From: a virus
Reading direction: 5' to 3' (one strand)
DNA: 38,580 bases
IMG/VR virus record: IMGVR_UViG_3300045988_075530
Location: 1-38,580 of that record
Each line of letters starts with the position of its first letter. Positions within the stretch are counted from its first letter, which is position 1. The position numbers and the translations under genes are program-made. Below the pieces are notes generated by a model. It made no database searches, was not told the DNA's origin, and saw nothing but the letters and a program-made list of their open reading frames with translations. Positions 7,529-16,774 of this stretch are shown one piece after another.

Positions 7529-8521
7529 ATGTATCCATCCGACAAGTGGACAGAGCAGGAGTTACAAAAGTTAGAAAAGCGGTTAGCAGATGTATATAAA
7601 CAAGCCGGAAAGGAACTTGACGGCAAAGCGAGAAACTATTTTAAACAGTTTTCCCACCGGTACGCCAAAGAATATGCGGCATACCAGGCAGGGAAATACA
7701 CCAAGAAAGAATTTGAAGCATGGTTGATGAATCAGTATGGCAGAGGGCAGAGGTGGGAGGCGCTGCGCGAGGACATGGCGCGGAGGCTGGCGGAGTCAAA
7801 TGAGATTGCCGCGGCATACATCAACTATAAGACCCCTCTTGTGATTGCCCTTAATCATAACTTCGAGGCGTACATGATTAAATCTCTTGTGTCTGATAGA
7901 CAGATGAAAGAGATTGGAGATATTGCATTTAATCTAGTTGACGAGCACACAGTTAAACGGCTGACGGTCAAAAAGCAGAAGATTCTTCCACCACGTAGGG
8001 TGCTAAAAAGCAAGGATGTGCGATGGAACAAGAAGAAATTGCAAAATGCACTACTGCAAGGAATTTTACAGGGTGACAGCATAGGAAAGCTCGCAGGGCG
8101 ATTTCGGGACGTTACAGGCATGAATCATACTGCCGCAATTAGAAACGCCCGCACAGCGTTTACAGGGGCACAGAACGGGGGCAGGCAGGCGGCATATGAG
8201 GAAGCCTACCAGATGGGAATTGATGTAGTGAAACACTGGACAGCGACAAAGGATTTGAGGACACGAGACAGTCACAGAGCATTAGACGGTGAGGAAGTAC
8301 CGTTTAACATGGCGTACTCAAACGGTCTTATGTATCCAGGAGACCCAAGCGGAATCCCGGCGGAAGTTTATAACTGTCGATGCACGCAACGAACTGCACT
8401 GCCCACCGAACTGGCACAACCGCGAATGATACGCGTCAGAAACCCAGAGACAGGCAGAAACGAGGTTATAGAAGATATGACCTACTATGAATGGTTAGCA
8501 ACGCAAAGGGGGCGAATATGA
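7529..8521 (+). CDS. Head morphogenesis / minor capsid protein (SPP1 gp7, Mu F-like)
   Basis: Motif WTATKDLRTRDSHRALDGEEV...YPGDPSGIPAEVYNCRCT is characteristic of the Phage_Mu_F family. Confidence 0.9.
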   Translation: MYPSDKWTEQELQKLEKRLADVYKQAGKELDGKARNYFKQFSHRYAKEYAAYQAGKYTKKEFEAWLMNQYGRGQRWEALREDMARRLAESNEIAAAYINYKTPLVIALNHNFEAYMIKSLVSDRQMKEIGDIAFNLVDEHTVKRLTVKKQKILPPRRVLKSKDVRWNKKKLQNALLQGILQGDSIGKLAGRFRDVTGMNHTAAIRNARTAFTGAQNGGRQAAYEEAYQMGIDVVKHWTATKDLRTRDSHRALDGEEVPFNMAYSNGLMYPGDPSGIPAEVYNCRCTQRTALPTELAQPRMIRVRNPETGRNEVIEDMTYYEWLATQRGRI

Positions 8522-8928
8522 TGTCGGATATTGATGTTGTAAGCCACGTGGACGAAGTAATACTCAAGACCACCATATCACTTGCAAGGGCATTAGAACA
8601 GGCAGGAGCCGCCGCAGAGGGGCACGCAAAAGACCTTTGCCCGGTCGATACGGGTGCGTTGAGAAACAGTATTACGCATCAGACTGACCTAGAGAATCTC
8701 ACAGAGATAATAGGCAGTAACGAAGAATACGCCGCCTATGTAGAGTTGGGAACTGGCGTGTATTACAAGGGAGGACGAAAGACCCCATGGACTTATCAGG
8801 ACAATAAAGGACAGTGGCATATCACAAAAGGTCAGAGAGCGCAGCCGTATTTAAAACCGGCTGCGGCAAATTACGCAAAAGAATACACATCAATTATTGC
8901 GGATGAATTAAAAGGAGCGATGGAATAA
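8518..8928 (+). CDS. HK97 gp10-like neck (tail-to-head joining) protein, located in the head module
   Basis: ATGA overlap with the upstream gene. The motif AKDLCPVDTGALRNSITHQ matches the VDTGxLRxSI core of the HK97 gp10 family. Confidence 0.65.
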   Translation: MMSDIDVVSHVDEVILKTTISLARALEQAGAAAEGHAKDLCPVDTGALRNSITHQTDLENLTEIIGSNEEYAAYVELGTGVYYKGGRKTPWTYQDNKGQWHITKGQRAQPYLKPAAANYAKEYTSIIADELKGAME

Positions 8929-9428
8929 TGGACAGATTGTCTTTACTCGTCAAGGCAAAAGAAATGGCGGAGTATTTTACTGATAAAAAATTTAAATACT
9001 CGCAGAACGTGGCGAATAGCTGGGCAGGCGCAAAGAAGAAAAAGGTAAGTAATTGTGCATCGTATGTATGTTATTGCCTACAGCAATTAGGCATCCTCAA
9101 ACCGGGACAACTGTTTTATTGCAACAGGAACGGAAGAGTTGTCTATAAGGGTGCTGGAACAAAAGCGGCTATATCAAAACGATATAGATTGATAAAAGTA
9201 AATAAATTACCCCGGAATTATAAAAACAAATTAAAACCGGGAGACATTTGCTTTTACCGCCACCACACCAATATTTTCGCAGGAATAAACGAGAGCAATA
9301 AAATGGTGTGGTGGGACGCCGGAAAGGCTAGTACAAATACCAAAAAAGCAGGCGGAACATATAAAAAGATACACAGGATCATCAACGGAAATCAGAAGAT
9401 TTTATATGTGCTGAGATGGAAAGGATGA
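8928..9428 (+). CDS. NlpC/P60- or CHAP-like cysteine peptidoglycan peptidase candidate
   Basis: Candidate Cys is in VSNCASYVCYCL and candidate His in PGDICFYRHHTNIFAG, followed by WWDAG. The protein is very basic. The start is translationally coupled (TAATG). Confidence 0.55.
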   Translation: MDRLSLLVKAKEMAEYFTDKKFKYSQNVANSWAGAKKKKVSNCASYVCYCLQQLGILKPGQLFYCNRNGRVVYKGAGTKAAISKRYRLIKVNKLPRNYKNKLKPGDICFYRHHTNIFAGINESNKMVWWDAGKASTNTKKAGGTYKKIHRIINGNQKILYVLRWKG

Positions 9429-9432
9429 GAAA

Positions 9433-10383
9433 ATGACACAGAGGAAAATTATTGACGTGTCGGTATACAACGGCACAATCGACTGGAAGAAAGTAAAGAA
9501 ATACGGTTGTGATGGTGCAATCATTAAGATTATCCGCAAGGATTTAGGCAAAGACAAGAAGTTTGAGGCAAACTACAAAAAATGTGAGGAGTTAGGCATC
9601 CCATGGGGCGTGTATAACTACACATACGCTACTACAGTGGCAAAAGCCAAGTCGGACATGGAGCTTGTGTGCGACATCCTCGACAAGGCCAGCAAGAAAC
9701 ATTTTAAATACGGCATTTGGTTTGACATCGAGGATAAAGTGCAGGCAAGGCTAAGTAAAGTAAAGATTGCCGAGATTATCAATGCGGCACAGACTGTCGT
9801 TGAGTCAAGAGGGTATAAATTCGGCGTTTACACTGGTAAATCATACTTTGCGGAGCATATTGATAAAAACAAAGTTAACTGTAAAAACTGGTGGATTGCA
9901 CGTTATTACAAAGGCTATAACCGCATGGCGTTTAAGGCAACGCCGAACAAATCTTACAAGCCTGCAAGCGTGCCTGACCTCATGGCATGGCAGTATACCA
10001 GCTCTGGCGTGTTTCCGGCCAAGGTTTCAACCGGCAACGGCGGCAAGTTTGATTTAAATATTTTATATCATGACTTCCCGGCGGTGGAGCAGAAGGAAGA
10101 AACAACGAAAGAGGTTAAATACACTGGGAAATTCCCTAAATTGCCACCACGAGGCTATTACACATTTTTAGACGGTATCACAGTGCTAGAAGGCGCAAGA
10201 GGGGAAATTGAAAAATTACAGAAGTTTTTAAACTGGGCTATCGACTCGAAATTAGATACTGACGGCAAATATGGAGAAAAGACAGAAGATGCGGTAGACA
10301 TTTTTCAGTCGAAATGCAAATTAAAAATCGACGGCAAATTTGGAGCAAAATCCCTCAAAGCCGCAAAAACATTTAGAAAGTAA
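9433..10383 (+). CDS. GH25 muramidase with C-terminal PG_binding_1-like domain (endolysin-type)
   Basis: IIDVSVYNGTIDWKKVKKYGCDGAIIKI, GIWFDIED and AWQYTSSG are GH25 motifs. The C-terminal DGKYGEKTEDAVDIFQ...IDGKFGAKSLKAA is a peptidoglycan-binding repeat. Confidence 0.9.
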   Translation: MTQRKIIDVSVYNGTIDWKKVKKYGCDGAIIKIIRKDLGKDKKFEANYKKCEELGIPWGVYNYTYATTVAKAKSDMELVCDILDKASKKHFKYGIWFDIEDKVQARLSKVKIAEIINAAQTVVESRGYKFGVYTGKSYFAEHIDKNKVNCKNWWIARYYKGYNRMAFKATPNKSYKPASVPDLMAWQYTSSGVFPAKVSTGNGGKFDLNILYHDFPAVEQKEETTKEVKYTGKFPKLPPRGYYTFLDGITVLEGARGEIEKLQKFLNWAIDSKLDTDGKYGEKTEDAVDIFQSKCKLKIDGKFGAKSLKAAKTFRK

Positions 10384-10454
10384 TCGCGAAGTACTGCGAT
10401 TTACATATAAAGTCATTTAGGGAAAGAAATCCCTCGAAGAAAAGGAGTAATCAA

Positions 10455-11039
10455 ATGGCATTAACAAGAGCTTTTTTAAAGAGCATGACACTCACAGATG
10501 AACAAGTTTCCGCGATTATCGAGGAGCACTCTGCAACCGTTACAGGTTTAAAAGGCGAAATCACTAAATACAAAGAGGACGCAGAGAAAGTCCCAGACCT
10601 CCAGAAGAAATTGAAGGACTATGAAAAGGACGACTGGAAAGGCAAGTACGAGAAGGAACACGCAGATTTTGAAGGCTACAAAGCCGAACAGGACAAGAAG
10701 GCATCCTACAATGCAAAAGAAGCTGCATACAAAAAGATGCTCGAGGATTCCGGCGTGTCTAGTAAAGTAATTAGCCTTGCATTAAAAGCGTCAAAAGAAA
10801 CTATTGATAATTTAAAAATCGGAACTGACGGGAAACTTGAGAACGCAACAGAGGTAGAAAAAGGCATCAAAGAAGCGTATGCCGATTATATTACAACTGA
10901 AAAGACTCATGGCGCTAATGTATCAAATCCACCGGGAGGAGAACCGGGGAAAATGACCAAGAAAGAAATCATGGAAATTAAAGATGCAGGCGAACGTCAG
11001 AAAGCGATTGCGGAAAACCACGAACTTTTTGGATTTTGA
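10455..11039 (+). CDS. Scaffolding protein (GP20-like)
   Basis: It lies directly upstream of the capsid gene. It is charged and coiled-coil rich, with N-terminus MALTRAFLKSMTLTDEQVSAIIEEH. Confidence 0.8.
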   Translation: MALTRAFLKSMTLTDEQVSAIIEEHSATVTGLKGEITKYKEDAEKVPDLQKKLKDYEKDDWKGKYEKEHADFEGYKAEQDKKASYNAKEAAYKKMLEDSGVSSKVISLALKASKETIDNLKIGTDGKLENATEVEKGIKEAYADYITTEKTHGANVSNPPGGEPGKMTKKEIMEIKDAGERQKAIAENHELFGF

Positions 11040-11051
11040 AAGGAGTAACCA

Positions 11052-12008
11052 ATGGCAGGAGTAACCACTAGCACTGTATTAAATACAGATAGCGCTCTCA
11101 AAGCGAGAGAAATTGATTTTGTAACAAGATTTGACAAAAATTGGGATGCATTAAGAACTATCTTAGGAATCTTTAAACCTATCAGAAAAGAGCCGGGCAC
11201 TAGCTTAGTGACTTATGAAGCGCAGATGAAGGATGAAGCCTTACAGGGCGGCGCAAATGTGGGTGAGGGAGAGGCAATCCCTTTTACACAGTTTAAGGTC
11301 GTAGAAAGCAAAAGAGAAGATATTGTCGTAGAAAAATACGCTAAATCTTTATCTCTTGAATCTGTGTCAAAATGGGGCGCAACAGTCGCAATTGAAAAGA
11401 CAGATGATGCCTTTATGGTCGAGCTGCAGAACAAGGTTTTAAAAGACTTTTACACGTTTTTAAAAACAGGAACATTAAAAGGAACACAGAAAAAATGGCA
11501 GAAAGCGCTTGCAATCGCAAAAGGTGCTGTACTCAATAAATTCGCAGGGATGAACAGAAACGTAACCGAAGTCGTAGGATTTGCAAACGTAATGGATTTT
11601 TACGACTGGTTAGGGGACAAAGAGATTACCGTACAGACAATGTTTGGATTGCAGTATATCAAAGATTTCTTTGGCTTCTCTACACTGTTCCTCCTCCCTG
11701 ACGACTACATCCCGGCAAAAACCGTCATCGCAACACCAGTGGAAAATATTGATTTATATTATATTGATCCCGGCGACAGCGATTTCAAAAAGCTTGGACT
11801 TGACTACACGACATCTGGCGAAACAAATCTGATTGGATTCCACGCAGGCGGCAACTATACAAACGCCACAGGCGAAACATACGCCATCATGGGAATGAAG
11901 CTGTGGGCAGAATACCTTGACGGTGTTTGTGTAGTTACTGTTGGAGCCACAGAAACCATTCCGGAAGTATCAAGCGCCGTTTCGAAAGTAAGTTCGAACG
12001 GAAAATAA
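11052..12008 (+). CDS. Major capsid protein
   Basis: 318 aa, follows the scaffold gene, and has a strong SD (aaaggag). Confidence 0.8.
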   Translation: MAGVTTSTVLNTDSALKAREIDFVTRFDKNWDALRTILGIFKPIRKEPGTSLVTYEAQMKDEALQGGANVGEGEAIPFTQFKVVESKREDIVVEKYAKSLSLESVSKWGATVAIEKTDDAFMVELQNKVLKDFYTFLKTGTLKGTQKKWQKALAIAKGAVLNKFAGMNRNVTEVVGFANVMDFYDWLGDKEITVQTMFGLQYIKDFFGFSTLFLLPDDYIPAKTVIATPVENIDLYYIDPGDSDFKKLGLDYTTSGETNLIGFHAGGNYTNATGETYAIMGMKLWAEYLDGVCVVTVGATETIPEVSSAVSKVSSNGK

Positions 12009-12022
12009 AAGGGGTTGATTGA

Positions 12023-12502
12023 GTGCTTTACGAAATCATGAATCATATTCACAATTTCTTCCCGGTCAAGGGGGCGGCAATCACAGGCAAAATAACAATC
12101 GGGGAATGGCTTTTCGACACGCATACAGATGTAACGGCAGACACCGAAGACCTACGTTATTCTGGCACTGCGATTCGCCTCCCGCTACAGGACGGGCAAT
12201 ATTATTTAATTAGCGGCTCTATCTTTAATGACGGGGTTTATCAGTATCACAAGGGCGATACTGCCCCGTTACAAGAGGAGACGTTTGACGGCGTAGTGGT
12301 TCCGCTGGCTATCCCTAAACCGTTTTTATCACTAGTGGACGAAATCAGCGAGTGGCAGGCAAAAAATGGAAATTTAGGAGCGTATCAGTCAGAGTCATTT
12401 GGCGGCTATTCGTACAGCAGGGCAACAAATTCTAAAGGCGAGGCTTACACGTGGCAGGATGCCTTTAGAGCACGCCTGAACCCATGGAGGAAAATGGCAT
12501 GA
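12023..12502 (+). CDS. Head-tail connector/adaptor protein candidate
   Basis: First gene after the capsid gene. GTG 12023 lies 8 nt after aaaagggg. Confidence 0.5.
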   Translation: MLYEIMNHIHNFFPVKGAAITGKITIGEWLFDTHTDVTADTEDLRYSGTAIRLPLQDGQYYLISGSIFNDGVYQYHKGDTAPLQEETFDGVVVPLAIPKPFLSLVDEISEWQAKNGNLGAYQSESFGGYSYSRATNSKGEAYTWQDAFRARLNPWRKMA

Positions 12503-12846
12503 GTTTAATCAATGAATTTTTACAGGATTGCATACTCATGGATAAAAAGCGTACTTCTGACGGCGAGGGTGGATTTATCACCGAGTGGGTCGAGGGCGCT
12601 AAAATACAGGCGGCAATAGTCCGAGATACCTCTATGTCTGCCAGAGTGGCGGAAAAAGAGGGTGTAACAGCAACATATACAATCACTACAGCCAAAACAG
12701 TAAAGCTAGGCTATCATGATGTATTAAAAACAAAAGACGGAAAAATTTTTAGAGTTACATCAAATGCGGGAGAAAAAGAAACTCCTGCATCATCCAATTT
12801 GGATATAGCACAGGTCATGGCGGAAAAGTGGGAGTTAACGTCATGA
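12499..12846 (+). CDS. Head closure / head-tail adaptor (SPP1 gp16-like) candidate
   Basis: ATGA overlap with the upstream gene. The pattern KRTSDGEGGFITEWVEGAKIQAAIV resembles the D.yG...w...a.i signature. Confidence 0.55.
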   Translation: MSLINEFLQDCILMDKKRTSDGEGGFITEWVEGAKIQAAIVRDTSMSARVAEKEGVTATYTITTAKTVKLGYHDVLKTKDGKIFRVTSNAGEKETPASSNLDIAQVMAEKWELTS

Positions 12847-13208
12847 CCCCAACAGCGGCACTATATCAATTTTGGTCATCCTTCGGCATAACTGCATATC
12901 CGTCTAACAGAGTGCCGGAGGACACAACATTTCCTTTTATCACATACGAACCAATTACAGCCAACTGGTGGACGGGCACAGCCGCCGCCAGCACTGTAAA
13001 CGTATGGTACCACACAGAATCAGAGGCAATTCCGAACAAAAAGGCAAAAGAAATCAGCGACAGATTGCAAGGAGGAACCACGGTCAAGTGCGATGATGGA
13101 ATCATTTTTCTGTCGCAAGACCAGCCCTGGACTCCTTTAGTCGATGAGGCTGACTCGTCAATAGTACGCAGATACACAGTAATAACTATGCAATTTATAA
13201 CTATTTAA
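12843..13208 (+). CDS. Tail completion / neck protein candidate
   Basis: ATGA overlap with the upstream gene. It lies immediately upstream of the major tail gene. Confidence 0.5.
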   Translation: MTPTAALYQFWSSFGITAYPSNRVPEDTTFPFITYEPITANWWTGTAAASTVNVWYHTESEAIPNKKAKEISDRLQGGTTVKCDDGIIFLSQDQPWTPLVDEADSSIVRRYTVITMQFITI

Positions 13209-13220
13209 CGAGGTGAGCAA

Positions 13221-13796
13221 ATGAAGTATACGCAGGTACCTTCTGACCTTTTTAAAAAAATACAGATTAACGCCGGTATTATTGTATCAGCTTTTGAACC
13301 AGAAACGGGCGCCATAACAGCAACTAACATCCTCATGGCAACCAGCGGCGGTTGTAGCTTTAGCGCGGAGCCATCCTTTACGGATTTCGGGGAAGACATC
13401 GATAATATGCCTAAAAACACGATGGAACTCAAGGAAATCGAATCTATCGAAGTAAAATTATCAGGCACAGCCGTTACAATGGATACCGCACAGGCTAAAA
13501 GTTTTATGGCGGCGGCAGACGTAGCGGGAAACAAAGTAACACCAAGGGCAGATTTAAAGGCAGAAGATTTTAAGGATATTTGGTGGATTGGCGACTATTC
13601 GGACGAAAATTCCGGGGATTCCGCCGGATTTATCGCAATCAAAATTATGAACGCCCTCTCAACAGGTGGATTTAAGATTAAATCAGATGATAAATCTAAA
13701 GGAAATTTTGATTTCGAATACACAGGACATTACAGCATTAAGAACGCAGAGACAGTACCGTACGAAGTCTACATCAAAACAGGCGAAGCGGCGTAG
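13221..13796 (+). CDS. Major tail protein
   Basis: 191 aa, directly upstream of the chaperone pair and the tape measure gene. Confidence 0.75.
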   Translation: MKYTQVPSDLFKKIQINAGIIVSAFEPETGAITATNILMATSGGCSFSAEPSFTDFGEDIDNMPKNTMELKEIESIEVKLSGTAVTMDTAQAKSFMAAADVAGNKVTPRADLKAEDFKDIWWIGDYSDENSGDSAGFIAIKIMNALSTGGFKIKSDDKSKGNFDFEYTGHYSIKNAETVPYEVYIKTGEAA

Positions 13797-13806
13797 GAGG
13801 TAAAGC

Positions 13807-14205
13807 ATGAGATTATCAGATTTAACAGCAGAACAGGGTTTAGAAGCAATCGCAAATTCTCTCGAATGCATCGGCAACATTGCAGATGATGATGACGCGC
13901 TTAAGCTGTGTCAGGAACTTGTGCCGCGGGAAGGTGAGAAATACATCAAAGTCTTTGCTAGGGGCGCCAAAACAGCCCCTAGACTGTTAAAAACACACAA
14001 AGATGATGTAATCGGAATCTTAGCGGCGTTTGAATTACAGACAGTCGAGGAATACAAGAAAAAGCACAAATTAATGGATGTTATCAAGGGCATGGTCGAC
14101 CTCGTCAATGAGCCGGAGGTACGTCAGCTTTTTTTCTCAGTGCCAACAGGCGCAACAGAAGAACCCTCTGGCGATGCGCAGGAGAATACAGAGGAAGAAG
14201 CGTAA
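13807..14205 (+). CDS. Tail assembly chaperone (gpG-like)
   Basis: Position between the major tail and tape measure genes, an acidic C-terminus, and a slippery heptamer near the 3' end. Confidence 0.8.
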   Translation: MRLSDLTAEQGLEAIANSLECIGNIADDDDALKLCQELVPREGEKYIKVFARGAKTAPRLLKTHKDDVIGILAAFELQTVEEYKKKHKLMDVIKGMVDLVNEPEVRQLFFSVPTGATEEPSGDAQENTEEEA

Positions 14206-14453
14206 AGGGATTCTTACTGTATGTCAAGGCTAAGATTTTAGACGATACAGAGGAATTAATTTACAAACGATATATGGCCGATGGGCTGAAATATGTAACC
14301 GAAAGCATTTCGCAGGCGTTCGGTGGGAAATATCTCTATGTATCATTTTTTGATTTAATTAATAGCGATAAAAAGCAAACAGTAACAAAGACTGGCGAAG
14401 AAATAGCCGCGGACGTCATTAAAAAAGCCGGATTGGTGGTGACGAGTGATTGA
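13807..14453 (+). CDS. Tail assembly chaperone frameshift product (gpGT-like, -1 shift at 14130-14136; about 215 aa)
   Basis: The -1 frame is open from 14112 to TGA 14451-14453, ending 5 nt before the tape measure ATG. It has no start codon of its own. Confidence 0.7.
14130..14136 (+). promoter_or_regulatory. -1 programmed frameshift slippery heptamer T_TTT_TTC
   Basis: Zero-frame codons are ctt ttt ttc, which fits the X_XXY_YYZ pattern. Confidence 0.7.
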
Positions 14454-14458
14454 ATGTG

Positions 14459-16774
14459 ATGGAATTGTTTGTCACTCTGGCAATCAAAGACACCGCATAT
14501 AAGCAGGGGCTGAAAGACGCAGAAGGTAACGCCAGCTCGTCCACATCAAAAATTGGCGGGGCATTTAAAGCGGTCGGGAAAGTAGCTAAAACAGCTATGG
14601 TGGCCGGCTCTGCTGCCGCCGTTGCATTTACAAAAACATCAATAGATGCCGGAATGAATTTTGATACTGCAATGTCTCAGGTAGCAGCTACCATGGGAAC
14701 AACCGTAGACAAAATAGGGAACGTCAAAGCCAAGGCTGAGGAAATGGGGCGCACAACAAAGTACACCGCAACGGAAGCGGCGGAAGGAATGAATATCCTT
14801 GCTCAGGCTGGCTTGTCGGCGGATGAGCAGATTAGCGGTATCGGAACGGTACTTAACCTTGCCTCTGCCGGTGCTATGAGTCTGGAAGAATCGGCATCAT
14901 ATACTTCCGGAGCTGTAAAAGGCTTTGGTGACTCGATGAGTAACGCATCTTACTATGCCGATTTGATGGCAAAGGGTGCTACTCTTGCTAATACGGACGT
15001 AAGAGGCCTTGGAGAGGCTTTTTCCGGTTCTGCTGCCACAGCGAAAAACTACGGTCAAGCGGCGGACAGTGTCACGCTTTCCTTACTTCGCTTGGCAGAG
15101 CAGAACGTGACAGGCTCCGAGGCATCTACGGCATTAAATAGGGCAATGGCGGACTTATATACTCCGACTGATGATGCATCAAAAGCTTTAGATCAGTTAG
15201 GTGTATCCGCCTATAAGTCAAACGGCGAGGCAAAAGATTTTAACGACCTCGTAGACGAGCTTAATGGCTCTTTGCAGGGTATGACAGCGGAACAAAAAAA
15301 CAATGCTCTTGCAACGATTTTTACAACGCAAGGCTTACAGGCGTTTAATAAAATGACCGCATCGAGTGATGCGACTGTGCAAAAATTTTGGAAAGGAATA
15401 CAGGATTCTTCCGGCTCCGCAGCACAACAGGCGGCTACGCAGTTAGATAATTTGCAGGGCGACATAACCTTGCTATCTAGCGCCACAGAAGGCCTGCAAC
15501 TTGCTTTTTATAATACCTTTTCGGGTACTATCCGTGGTGCCATCAAAGGTATAACAAGCGAGGTTAGTGGATTAGCTGAGGCGATGGAATCTGGCGGCAT
15601 AAGCGGCGCCCTTTCCAAACTGGCGCAAGATGCGATTAATTTTAGCGGCCAGTTGCCGGGGCTGACAAAAATCGGCGGCGACCTCATAAACGGTTTAATT
15701 TCAAGCGTTACTCAAAATTCTGGCAGTATTACAACTGCTGTCAGCCAACTGTTAAATAATCTTGCCTCTACGATTTCCACAGGGCTAAATGTATTTACAT
15801 CGGTCGGAGTTAATTTGCTGACGACTATCGCTAACGGCATGACTCAGGGCATCCCGACCTTTTTGGGGCAGGCGTTGCCGATGCTGACACAATTTACAGA
15901 GTCATTGAGGAGCAACGCAGGCAAATTGATAAATGCAGGCCTGACACTTATCCAGAATATTGCTCAAGGGCTGATTAATTCTATTCCTGTATTGATTGCA
16001 TATGTACCTACAATCATAACGAATTTGGCTGGCATTATTAACGATAATGCGCCAAAAATCCTTGCAACAGGAGTAACAATCATAACAAATTTAGCGATTG
16101 GCTTAGTTCGTGCGATTCCGTTATTAATTGCTAATTTACCGAAGATTATCACAGCAATCGTAAGCGTATTTACAGCGTTTAACTGGTTTTCGCTTGGTAA
16201 AAACATTGTTACCGGCATAATAAAAGGGGTCAAAAATCTCCCTTCTCTTTTAAAGGGTGCCGCTAAAAATGCTGTAAACGGATTCAAGGGAGCATTTAAG
16301 GGAAATGGTATTTTATCGGCTGTAAAAGGAGCATTTACTAAGATACCATCGGCTGTTAAAAGTATCTTTACTAAGGCAGTATCCCTTGTAAAAAGCTTCC
16401 CTGGACGGTTTAAGAGCGCCTTAAAGTTTAGCTGGTCTCTTCCACACCTAAACCTACCGCACCTGAGTGTTTCCGGCGGAAAAGCTCCGTTCGGTATTGG
16501 GGGAAAGGGTTCCCTGCCATCATTCCACATTAGCTGGTATAAAAAAGCCATGGAAAGCCCATATGTATTTTCTGATGCCACCTTGTTTGGAGCAGGAGAA
16601 GCAGGAGACGAGATGCTGTACGGTCGTAGCAGACTGATGAACGATATCAAAGAGGCAACACAGGGAACGAAAAACGATGTAACTATTAATGTAACTGTAA
16701 ACGGTGCAGATAACCCGGAAGAATGGGGAAGAAGAATGGCAAGTGAGCTTAGAAGGCAGGTGAAAATGGCATAA
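14459..16774 (+). CDS. Tail tape measure protein
   Basis: About 770 aa and Ala/Gly/Leu rich. The core MNFDTAMSQVAATMG...MGRTTKYTATEAAEGMNILAQAGL is typical of TP901-type tape measure proteins. Confidence 0.92.
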   Translation: MELFVTLAIKDTAYKQGLKDAEGNASSSTSKIGGAFKAVGKVAKTAMVAGSAAAVAFTKTSIDAGMNFDTAMSQVAATMGTTVDKIGNVKAKAEEMGRTTKYTATEAAEGMNILAQAGLSADEQISGIGTVLNLASAGAMSLEESASYTSGAVKGFGDSMSNASYYADLMAKGATLANTDVRGLGEAFSGSAATAKNYGQAADSVTLSLLRLAEQNVTGSEASTALNRAMADLYTPTDDASKALDQLGVSAYKSNGEAKDFNDLVDELNGSLQGMTAEQKNNALATIFTTQGLQAFNKMTASSDATVQKFWKGIQDSSGSAAQQAATQLDNLQGDITLLSSATEGLQLAFYNTFSGTIRGAIKGITSEVSGLAEAMESGGISGALSKLAQDAINFSGQLPGLTKIGGDLINGLISSVTQNSGSITTAVSQLLNNLASTISTGLNVFTSVGVNLLTTIANGMTQGIPTFLGQALPMLTQFTESLRSNAGKLINAGLTLIQNIAQGLINSIPVLIAYVPTIITNLAGIINDNAPKILATGVTIITNLAIGLVRAIPLLIANLPKIITAIVSVFTAFNWFSLGKNIVTGIIKGVKNLPSLLKGAAKNAVNGFKGAFKGNGILSAVKGAFTKIPSAVKSIFTKAVSLVKSFPGRFKSALKFSWSLPHLNLPHLSVSGGKAPFGIGGKGSLPSFHISWYKKAMESPYVFSDATLFGAGEAGDEMLYGRSRLMNDIKEATQGTKNDVTINVTVNGADNPEEWGRRMASELRRQVKMA

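Noticed and set aside
9767-10057. 96-aa alternative-frame ORF inside the GH25 gene.
   Set aside because: It is embedded in a gene with clear GH25 motifs in the other frame, and it has no SD.
15964-16650. 228-aa minus-strand ORF inside the tape measure gene, plus several similar antisense ORFs in the tail genes.
   Set aside because: It lies fully inside a confidently identified + strand gene and has no SD. Antisense open frames are common in Ala/Gly/Leu-rich tape measure genes.
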